The translations under genes and the position numbers were made by a program. A stretch of 64,000 bases of DNA. It comes from Nitrospirota bacterium (lineage in GTDB: Bacteria > Nitrospirota > Thermodesulfovibrionia > UBA6902). Below, one piece after another: positions 30,046 to 37,431 of the stretch; positions within the stretch are counted from its first letter, which is position 1; each line of letters opens with the position of its first letter. Under the pieces are notes generated by a model. It searched no databases, was not told the DNA's origin, and saw only the letters and a program-made list of their open reading frames with translations. The stretch covers positions 33,854-97,853 of the forward strand of contig JACQZF010000048.1 in assembly GCA_016213945.1 (NCBI GenBank), given 5' to 3'.

Positions 30046-30871
30046 ATTGACCCGCACTCATGTCCTGCTTTTCATCGCGACTTTTATAACAACCACCCTT
30101 GCGGGCGCGCTGATGAAAAACGTCATACCGTGGGAGCACCCTGAAAAACTCTACCTCGGACTGCCGTTTTCACTCACGCTGCTCCTTATTTTAATGACAC
30201 ATGAATTATCGCATTACTTCATGTCTCTGAAGCACAACGTCTCAGCAACTCTTCCGTATTTCATCCCGGCCCCCTCCATAATCGGTACGTTTGGCGCTGT
30301 TATCAAAATGAAACCCCCGATACCCGACAGGCGGTCGCTTATTGACATAGGCGCCTCAGGCCCGATCGGCGGATTCATCATAGCAGTGATCGCTACGGTC
30401 ATAGGATTAAATTTTTCTGAAGTCAAACCGATGGGACAATTGCAGGAAGGACTTTCATTCGGCAGTTCAATTCTGTTTGATTTTTTATCCAGGATAGTTC
30501 TCAATATCGATCCTGACAAATACGACGTACTGCTCCATCCCGTTGCCTTTGCCGGCTGGATCGGCCTTCTGGTCACATCGTTGAACCTGCTTCCGATCGG
30601 CCAGCTTGACGGCGGCCATATTACTTACGCCCTGCTTGGAGACAAGCATGCGTGGATCTCAAAGGGCATGATCCCTGTATTGATTATACTCGGCATTTTG
30701 TTCTGGAGCGGATGGATCGTGTGGGCGGTGATAATGATCTTTTTAGGATACCGCCATCCGCCTGTGGTCTATCCCTATATTCAGCTTGACAGGAAAAGAA
30801 AGATCATCGGATGGATCACTTTTCTAATTTTTATTTTGACCTTCACTCCCGCGCCTGTGACGGGGATGTAG
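30032..30871 (+). CDS. Site-2-protease-type M50 zinc metallopeptidase
   Basis: HELSHY (HExxH) lies in a TM helix, with the NLLPIGQLDGGH (LDG) motif. Confidence 0.7.
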   Translation: MTPHKLTRTHVLLFIATFITTTLAGALMKNVIPWEHPEKLYLGLPFSLTLLLILMTHELSHYFMSLKHNVSATLPYFIPAPSIIGTFGAVIKMKPPIPDRRSLIDIGASGPIGGFIIAVIATVIGLNFSEVKPMGQLQEGLSFGSSILFDFLSRIVLNIDPDKYDVLLHPVAFAGWIGLLVTSLNLLPIGQLDGGHITYALLGDKHAWISKGMIPVLIILGILFWSGWIVWAVIMIFLGYRHPPVVYPYIQLDRKRKIIGWITFLIFILTFTPAPVTGM

Positions 30872-30880
30872 CTTTTTCGC

Positions 30881-32077
30881 TCAACTGCCCGCGATGATCT
30901 TCCCCTCGTATGACACAAGATGTGCGGTAACTGGGATGCCATCAATTATTGTTTCAGCATATTTCTTTGCATGAACGCAAACCTTTGGAAACAGTGACAA
31001 GTGACGGGTGACGGGTGACGAGTTAATAAAGTCAAAAATCTCTCTTGCAGTATTGAAGTCCTTTTCCTCAGGCACAGTAATTCCGAGCGAGTTTAAAAAC
31101 TCTACGGCCTTCTTCATATCAATCGCTCCGAATCTCACATGAGTCTGCGGAGTCGCCATTGCTATCTTGACCATCTTGGCCCATTGCGCGCAGAGATGGA
31201 TTTTTTTAAATCCATGTTTCTTTGCCTCTCGCAGTGAGTATTCGAGATAGTCGCCGATGAGGACATATGATTCTTCGGGAAGATGATATTCCGCCATGTG
31301 CGCCTTTTCAGATGTCCGTCCCGCAGAAAGGACTATCTCCTGAAGCCCTGCCGCCTTTGCCACCTTCATTGATGAAGTAATTGTAGCCGTCCACGCTTCG
31401 GCAGATACAGGTTTGACAATACCCGTTGTGCCGAGTATCGAGATGCCGCCCGTTATGCCGAGTCTCGCATTTAAAGTCTTCTTCGCCAGCTCCTCTCCGT
31501 GAGGCACGGAGATAGTGACCTCAAGAAGAGCAGAAGTGCAAAAATGCAGAAGCGCAGAAGATGCATTGGTTTCCGAGTAGCTTTTCTCATCTTCCGCTTT
31601 TGCACTTTTGCACTTTTGCTCTTTTGCACTATTATCCAGCAACGCTTCCCTCACTGCCTCTTCTATCATCTTTCTCGGTACAGGATTGATCGCCGCTTCA
31701 CCAACAGGAACCGGCAGTCCGGGCTTCGTGACAATACCAACGCCCTTGCCGCCTTTGATTAAAATCAGGGATTGGGGATTGGGGATTGGGGATTGCTCTG
31801 TGCTCTGAATTCTGACTTCCGCCGCTATTTCAGCGCCGTTGGTTATATCCGGGTCATCTCCCGCGTCCTTTATTACCGATGCAATTGCCGTAAATATTCC
31901 GTCCTGAACTCTGAATTCTGAATTCTGAATTCTGAATTTATGCCTGCTGCCGTCAGGGAAGGGAATGTCAACATCAGTGACGGGTGACGGGTGACGGGTG
32001 GCGAGCAAGGCTGCCGCTTTCGCAGCGGCCGCCGCGCATGCGCCTGTTGTATATCCTGAGCGTAAATTCTTTTTCAT
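30881..32077 (-). CDS. cbiD: Cobalt-precorrin-5B (C1)-methyltransferase CbiD, carrying at least six in-frame tandem-repeat insertions
   Basis: N-terminus LRSGYTTGACAAAAAKAA. The inserted peptides SPVTRHPSPVT, RIQNSEFRVQ, QSPIPNPQS and AKEQKCKSAKAEDEK are encoded by heptamer/octamer arrays. Confidence 0.75.
   Translation of the reverse strand: MKKNLRSGYTTGACAAAAAKAAALLATRHPSPVTDVDIPFPDGSRHKFRIQNSEFRVQDGIFTAIASVIKDAGDDPDITNGAEIAAEVRIQSTEQSPIPNPQSLILIKGGKGVGIVTKPGLPVPVGEAAINPVPRKMIEEAVREALLDNSAKEQKCKSAKAEDEKSYSETNASSALLHFCTSALLEVTISVPHGEELAKKTLNARLGITGGISILGTTGIVKPVSAEAWTATITSSMKVAKAAGLQEIVLSAGRTSEKAHMAEYHLPEESYVLIGDYLEYSLREAKKHGFKKIHLCAQWAKMVKIAMATPQTHVRFGAIDMKKAVEFLNSLGITVPEEKDFNTAREIFDFINSSPVTRHLSLFPKVCVHAKKYAETIIDGIPVTAHLVSYEGKIIAGS
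30994..31021. repeat. 4 x heptamer GTGACGG tandem array, in-frame inside cbiD
   Basis: gtgacaa gtgacgg gtgacgg gtgacga. Confidence 0.9.
31530..31561. repeat. 4 x octamer GCAGAAGN tandem array inside cbiD; inverted counterpart of the 31597-31628 array
   Basis: gcagaagt gcaaaaat gcagaagc gcagaaga. Confidence 0.85.
31597..31628. repeat. 4 x octamer CTTTTGCA tandem array inside cbiD
   Basis: cttttgca x2, cttttgct, cttttgca. An 18-bp segment TTGCTCTTTTGCACTATT recurs at 43947-43964. Confidence 0.85.
31768..31795. repeat. ~4 x heptamer GGATTGG tandem array inside cbiD
   Basis: gggattggggattggggattggggattg. Confidence 0.9.
31904..31938. repeat. 5 x heptamer CTGAATT tandem array inside cbiD
   Basis: ctgaact then ctgaatt x4. 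Confidence 0.9.
31977..32004. repeat. 4 x heptamer GTGACGG tandem array inside cbiD (same unit and orientation as 30994-31021)
   Basis: gtgacgg x3, then gtggcga. Confidence 0.9.
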
Positions 32078-32123
32078 TGATCAAAATTAAACCAGATAGA
32101 AAATGATAAAATCATCCGCAGAT

Positions 32124-32190
32124 TCCGCAGATTAAACACACGAATTAATATTTTTAAATCTGTGTAGCTCTGTGTAATCTGTGGATGGAG
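32124..32190. repeat. Intergenic cbiD-manC spacer packed with 9-10-mer tandem repeats (TCCGCAGAT x2; ATCTGTGTA / GCTCTGTGTA / ATCTGTGGA)
   Basis: Visible tandem units. Confidence 0.7.
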
Positions 32191-32228
32191 TTTTCTCCGT
32201 GCCTCTGTGGTTAATTTGTTTATAGCGG
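32191..32228 (+). repeat. Dispersed 19-bp motif copy B (TTTTCTCCGTGCCTCTGTG) in the cbiD/manC spacer
   Basis: Identical 19-mer to copy C. Confidence 0.65.
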
Positions 32229-32231
32229 AAT

Positions 32232-33662
32232 CTACTTCCTGCCGAAGTCGTCGTCAAAACGGACGATGTCGTCCTCTTCAAGATAATTGCCAAGTTGCAC
32301 TTCAATGAGATGAAGGGGAATCTTGCCGGGGTTTTCAAGGCGGTGCGGCATAGTTTTGGCAACATATGTTGACTGGTTTTCTTCCAGGAAGATAGTCTGA
32401 TCTCCGTTTACAATTTTTGCCGTGCCCTGGACCACTATCCAGTGTTCGCTTCTGTGATGGTGCATTTGCAGGGACAGTTTTGCCCCGGGATAAACAACGA
32501 TGCGTTTTATCTTGGTAGTCTTGTTTTCTTCCAGAATAGTGTAAGTCCCCCACGGCCTGTATACCGTTGTATGCGCCTTGTATTCCGGGCGTCCCTGCTT
32601 TTTCAGTTCCTGCACTATTGCTTTAACATTCTTGCTTTTTTCGAGGTCGGACACAAAAACCGTGTCAGGCGTTTCCACCACCACAATGTTTTCAATATCG
32701 TTTGTTACAACCAGCCGGTTATTGCCGCGTATCAAACAGTTCTTTGTGTTCTTGAGAATTACGTCACCTTCAACAACATTGTTGTTTGCCCCCTTTGGTA
32801 AAAAATCATAAAGAGATTTCCAGGAGCCGATGTCGCTCCACCCGAAATCAGACGGAAGCACAACGCCTTTTTTGGTTTTCTCCATTATGGCGTAATCAAT
32901 GGAGATATCCGGCAGGGACTGATATTTGCTCAGAGGGACAGAGGCCGTCTTTGAAACCATCCTTTGAATATTTTTCAAAAGGTCAGGGGCATATGTCCTG
33001 AATTCGTTTAAAAGCACAGATGCCTTGAAGGCAAACATCCCGCTGTTCCAGAAAAAGTTGCCTGCTTTGAGATAATGCTGTGCAGTTTTTTCATCGGGTT
33101 TCTCCACAAACCGTTTGATGGCAAAAGCGCCGTTTTGCACAGGTTTGGCTCCCTCTATATATCCGTAACCTGTTTCCGGATAGTCGGGTTTTATTCCAAA
33201 CGTTACGATGTAGTCCCTCTTTGCGAGTGATACAGCTGTCATCAATCTCTCCTGAAATCCTTCAACATCTTTAATCACATGATCAGAGGGGAATATCAAT
33301 ATCACCGCATCTTTTTCCGTCTTCAGAATATTCATGATCGCAAGCAGTATGGCTGGAGCTGTGTTGCGTCCGCAGGGCTCGGCAATGATTTTCCCTTTAG
33401 CCGGTACGCCGATTTCCTCAAGGTGCCGCGCTATTTCAAAAAAATGTTCATCTCCGCAGACAACCCGGATATCATCGGCCTCGAAAAGGGGGAACAATCT
33501 CTTGATCGTGCCTTGAATCAGCGAGTCGGACCCGACAAGGCTAACTAATTGTTTTGGGAAAAGCTCTCTGGAAACGGGCCATAATCTTGAGCCGCTGCCG
33601 CCGGCCAGCAGGACAGGGAATGTTTTAATTTCTTTTTTTGGCATGAAGTATTTCTCCCTCAC
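32232..33662 (-). CDS. manC: Bifunctional mannose-1-phosphate guanylyltransferase / mannose-6-phosphate isomerase
   Basis: Nucleotidyltransferase N-terminus (LLAGGSGSRLWP) and a C-terminal cupin. Confidence 0.85.
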   Translation of the reverse strand: MREKYFMPKKEIKTFPVLLAGGSGSRLWPVSRELFPKQLVSLVGSDSLIQGTIKRLFPLFEADDIRVVCGDEHFFEIARHLEEIGVPAKGKIIAEPCGRNTAPAILLAIMNILKTEKDAVILIFPSDHVIKDVEGFQERLMTAVSLAKRDYIVTFGIKPDYPETGYGYIEGAKPVQNGAFAIKRFVEKPDEKTAQHYLKAGNFFWNSGMFAFKASVLLNEFRTYAPDLLKNIQRMVSKTASVPLSKYQSLPDISIDYAIMEKTKKGVVLPSDFGWSDIGSWKSLYDFLPKGANNNVVEGDVILKNTKNCLIRGNNRLVVTNDIENIVVVETPDTVFVSDLEKSKNVKAIVQELKKQGRPEYKAHTTVYRPWGTYTILEENKTTKIKRIVVYPGAKLSLQMHHHRSEHWIVVQGTAKIVNGDQTIFLEENQSTYVAKTMPHRLENPGKIPLHLIEVQLGNYLEEDDIVRFDDDFGRK

Positions 33663-33763
33663 GAAGAAAAAGATAGTTTGGAAGTTTCAAATCCTTAAAA
33701 CATTATATTAGTTTATAATCGGGAAGGTCAACAAATTGTCATTACGAGGATAGAAATACCAAT

Positions 33764-34759
33764 CTACAAAAGCCCTGTTCCCCAGGGATGCGCATTTTTC
33801 CCAAGCTGGATGGTGTCTATTACTTTGTTGTTTTTCAGATCGATCACCGAAATACTGTTGTCGGCCTTGTTGGCGACATAGGCTTTCCTGGCCGCATGAT
33901 CTATCGCAATGCCTTTGGGCGATGCCCCGACCTTTATTGAGCCTGTCACAGTATCAGTGGTGGTATCAATTACTGCAACGCTGTTGTCCCCGGCGCAAGT
34001 AACGTAAATCCTGTTGGCAGACGCATCAACGCCTATATACCAGGGATTTAAGCCAACCGGTACCGTCCCTTCAACCTTATTGGCTGCCGTATCTATAATA
34101 GCAACGGCATTGTCATCGTGGCTTGTTACATACACTTTTTTGCTTGCGGAACTGTATGCCAGGCCCAAAGGTATTTTGCCGACGGGTATCTTTGTGATTT
34201 CCGTGTTGTCCCTGAGACTGATGACCGAAACATACTGGCCGCCTGAAATAACAATATATGCAAGTTTCTTATCAGGGACAAGCGCCGTTTCAAACGGCTC
34301 GATACCATCAAATTTTATTCTGCCTTTTATTGAATCATTTGTAATATCAATGATGGTTACGCTTTTATTTTCCTTGTCATCGGTATTTGTGACATAAGCG
34401 AGATTTGATTCAGGATCAATTGCCATATGCATCGGACCAATGTCTGTTTTTATGGTATTGACAACCTCATTGGTTGTCGTGTCAATCACAGATACTGAAC
34501 TGCTTTCGGCGCTTGAGTTAAGGACGTAAATCTTCTTTTTGTCAGGACTGACCGCAAGGCCCGCAGGCCATTTTCCAACCTGAATTGTTTCCAGTATCTG
34601 ATTAGTGGCGGTATCTATGACCGCTACATTTTCAGCCCCTGAATTCACTATATAAAGCCGTGGAGCTTTTGCAGAGCGGGTGACATCGCTTCCGCTTACT
34701 GTAACAGGAGGCATTGCAAGTGACAAGAACAGAAGCAGAAAGATTCGCAGTGATTTCAT
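33764..34759 (-). CDS. Secreted YVTN-family beta-propeller repeat protein
   Basis: Signal peptide, then ~40-aa repeats of the pattern ...YV.N...SV.VIDT.TN.V..TI.VG..P.G.A. Confidence 0.6.
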   Translation of the reverse strand: MKSLRIFLLLFLSLAMPPVTVSGSDVTRSAKAPRLYIVNSGAENVAVIDTATNQILETIQVGKWPAGLAVSPDKKKIYVLNSSAESSSVSVIDTTTNEVVNTIKTDIGPMHMAIDPESNLAYVTNTDDKENKSVTIIDITNDSIKGRIKFDGIEPFETALVPDKKLAYIVISGGQYVSVISLRDNTEITKIPVGKIPLGLAYSSASKKVYVTSHDDNAVAIIDTAANKVEGTVPVGLNPWYIGVDASANRIYVTCAGDNSVAVIDTTTDTVTGSIKVGASPKGIAIDHAARKAYVANKADNSISVIDLKNNKVIDTIQLGKNAHPWGTGLL

Positions 34760-34825
34760 TAGTTACCAATTCCTATAATTGCAATCAAAAGAAGTTATTG
34801 AAGCCCTGCTTCAGGGTAGAATATT

Positions 34826-35110
34826 TTATCCTTCCAACTTTCTCCAGCAATCAGCGCTGTCCAAAGATTCCTGCAGTATGTCCGTTAACTCCCGCTCGGC
34901 GGCCGGACTGCCGTTTTTCAAATCCAGAAGCAGCTTTTTAGAAAGTTCCACAATGCACATCGTATCCTTCTTTATCAATTGCACCCTGTAAATAAGGGTA
35001 TCCAGCAAATAAAATACCCTGAACAATATTACCGTATTGTCAATCTGCCGGATCTTTGCTTCAATTATGTCATATGCCGGCACTTTATCATCCGGGACTC
35101 GTGGATCCAT
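34826..35110 (-). CDS. Hypothetical protein (94 aa)
   Basis: ORF only. Confidence 0.25.
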   Translation of the reverse strand: MDPRVPDDKVPAYDIIEAKIRQIDNTVILFRVFYLLDTLIYRVQLIKKDTMCIVELSKKLLLDLKNGSPAAERELTDILQESLDSADCWRKLEG

Positions 35111-35282
35111 GGCCTTTCCTGTTAGGACCTTGTTATCAGTATTTTTTAAAGTGTAATTTTACATTTATCATTATGTTTTGTCACTTAAAATATATTGAAT
35201 TAAAAAATAATAATACCCCGCCTTTTACTGCAAACTTTCAGAAAAGGATAAAATTAAAAAAGGGAGAGGGGGGGTTGTTATG

Positions 35283-35615
35283 TTAATGACTGTCCGGAGT
35301 TATACGAAGCAATAAGGTGCCGACCGTGCGGCAGATATTTCCTAATCCTTCCTCATCTTTCACCCTGGCATGAAATTTACATGTAGCGCAGGAGCATGTA
35401 TTGTAAAAAGGAGAGCAAAGCAGGGGATTTTTCTTTAATTTTTCAGCAATGACCCAGCAAATCCTGCCGCCGTTAATCCCGCTGTTAAGCCCATCAGCCA
35501 ATATCTCGGCTGCTACGGGACAGCGGGCAAAAGAAGCGCCGTTTTCATCAAATGACGGCCCTTGTCCGCACTTCATAAATTCCCAGCAGTTAATTTTGTC
35601 CATACGTTTCCGCAA
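35283..35615 (-). CDS. Small cysteine-rich protein with an N-terminal CWEFMKC motif (possible two-CW-like redox/metal sensor)
   Basis: It has 10 Cys in 110 aa (NCWEFMKCG...CSCATC). Confidence 0.35.
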   Translation of the reverse strand: MRKRMDKINCWEFMKCGQGPSFDENGASFARCPVAAEILADGLNSGINGGRICWVIAEKLKKNPLLCSPFYNTCSCATCKFHARVKDEEGLGNICRTVGTLLLRITPDSH

Positions 35616-35723
35616 TAAATAATTGTTAAATACGTTCAGGCTTTAATGCATTATTTCATTATCCCGATGCTAAGTAAAGGTAAAATTCACATCACAATGG
35701 CCCTGGAAATAGAAGGCAGGAAA

Positions 35724-36569
35724 TCAGGTCTGATCACTACAGAAACACAGTTCATCTGCTTGTTGTTTGAGGATGGAGGCTTTACTCTCTTTAACAGATA
35801 ATAGTTTTTGTATATCCTGTGCCCTCATCTGTGCGAGGTCTTTCATAAGGATGACCCGATGTTCGATCAGTCTCCTGATCTGGGCGGAATTCAGGGTTGA
35901 CATGACCGTTACCGGGTACAGTTTTTTATCTTCGATCATTTTTTCAAGACTGTTGTTATCCGGATAACGCCAGCTTTTTACCTTGAGGCCGATGCATCGG
36001 GAATACTGAAGGGCATCAGAAGTGAAGCGGGTATTTGTTACCAGCCATCCGGCAAAGGTCTTGTTTGGATAACGGCTTTTGATTACGGGCTTGAGGTCCT
36101 GAAAGCGCGAGTTAACATACAGCGTGGTCTTTACATCAGGAGCGCCCTCAGCGGTGTTGCGGTATTTGCATTCCACAAGGATGATTTCCTTTTCACTTTC
36201 CGCAAACACATCGATCTCGTGTTTCACGCACTGCCCTTCCATTATTACATTAACGTCCGCATGGTATCCGTAGTGCCTTAACAGTTCGGCAAAAAATTTC
36301 TCGAATGGATAGCCTGAAGGGCCAAGCCTGAAGAGGGCCCTTTTTAACGAGTACCTCAGCACAGATGCGCGATTGAATTGCCTGAGATATTTGTGCGCAA
36401 GTCTGAAGATCCTTTTCGTGCTTGCATATGGAGTTATTTCCGACACTACTTTTTCGATGACCTCTTCCGCGTTTTCCCTTTCCGCTCCCGACCTGATCAG
36501 GGATTCCAGGAGCTTCTGCGAATTGAAGTCCTCAATTATTCCCGACGCCTTTTTGATCTTTATGCTCAT
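35724..36569 (-). CDS. ATP-cone domain fused to an Mrr-cat-like restriction endonuclease domain
   Basis: N-terminus MSIKIKKASGIIEDFNSQKLLESL (ATP-cone). The core is D...E.K (IDVFAE...ILVECKY). Confidence 0.55.
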   Translation of the reverse strand: MSIKIKKASGIIEDFNSQKLLESLIRSGAERENAEEVIEKVVSEITPYASTKRIFRLAHKYLRQFNRASVLRYSLKRALFRLGPSGYPFEKFFAELLRHYGYHADVNVIMEGQCVKHEIDVFAESEKEIILVECKYRNTAEGAPDVKTTLYVNSRFQDLKPVIKSRYPNKTFAGWLVTNTRFTSDALQYSRCIGLKVKSWRYPDNNSLEKMIEDKKLYPVTVMSTLNSAQIRRLIEHRVILMKDLAQMRAQDIQKLLSVKESKASILKQQADELCFCSDQT

Positions 36570-37431
36570 TTGAAGATTCCCTACGGTTTAGGCCAATTGT
36601 TTTTTTCCAGTATGCAGCAAATATCCAAACTACAAACAACAGAGCAATAATTAATAACCATACTGTTTCCGGTGTAAAAAAAGAAAGAATTCCCCATGGG
36701 CCTGCATGTTTGTGATTATATTTAATCATTGGCTCTTCAGCCCTGAGCCATGATAAATCTTTAAAGACCTCCGTGTACCATTTTACAGCATCCGGTGTGT
36801 TGGAAAGACAGAGGCCGATTATGATTAAGTCAATAGTTATAATTCCGGCTAACAGGCTGACAGAGAATTTATTTACAGGTTTGCTGATAACTCCCGGTTT
36901 AATCCCTTTCCACATCGCAAGTTGAAATATCCCTCCGCCAAGGGTGTTAAAGCCCACATCCCTGAAATCCCAGAATCTTTGCGGTATCAACCATTGAAAA
37001 AACTCGTCCGCCGTGCCAAATAGCAGCACGCATAAAACAGTGGTCAAATATATTGTCCGGTCGTGAATCCGGTAGCTTAACGCATTGAACAGGCAATACG
37101 ACAGCAGTCCGTATTCAATAAAATGGACCGCCTCTTCAGGACTTTTTATATGTATAGTAAAGTATGAATACAGCCCTGCGCACGCGATAATCCAAATGTA
37201 CTGGAAAGCATTTTTTATCTTAAGCTTAAAAATAAAAAAACAGACAACCGCGGCCAGTCCGCTCGCTACCACAAAAAGTATCGAATAAGTAAAAAACTCC
37301 CGGCCGGCTGTTTTATAAACAAGCCGCTGAACGCCCCGCGCGACGGGGACCGTGGCCATGATCCCGGCGGCGCATAAAAAAACCCACAGCCACGCCATCC
37401 TGTTCCATGATTCAACACGCTCATTAATCAT
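36532..37431 (-). CDS. VanZ-like family membrane protein
   Basis: Polytopic, with the VanZ-like segment ...ADEFFQWLIPQR...DV.FN.LGG... Confidence 0.5.
   Translation of the reverse strand: MINERVESWNRMAWLWVFLCAAGIMATVPVARGVQRLVYKTAGREFFTYSILFVVASGLAAVVCFFIFKLKIKNAFQYIWIIACAGLYSYFTIHIKSPEEAVHFIEYGLLSYCLFNALSYRIHDRTIYLTTVLCVLLFGTADEFFQWLIPQRFWDFRDVGFNTLGGGIFQLAMWKGIKPGVISKPVNKFSVSLLAGIITIDLIIIGLCLSNTPDAVKWYTEVFKDLSWLRAEEPMIKYNHKHAGPWGILSFFTPETVWLLIIALLFVVWIFAAYWKKTIGLNRRESSNEHKDQKGVGNN

Noticed and set aside
30994-32004. Tandem 7/8-mer arrays considered as a CRISPR array
   Set aside because: Units are contiguous with no spacers, only 7-8 bp long, and lie inside a conserved ORF. This is not CRISPR architecture.
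32078-32231. Looked for a cobalamin riboswitch upstream of cbiD
   Set aside because: The spacer is only ~150 nt and is filled with tandem repeats. No B12-box-like GCCACTG segment.
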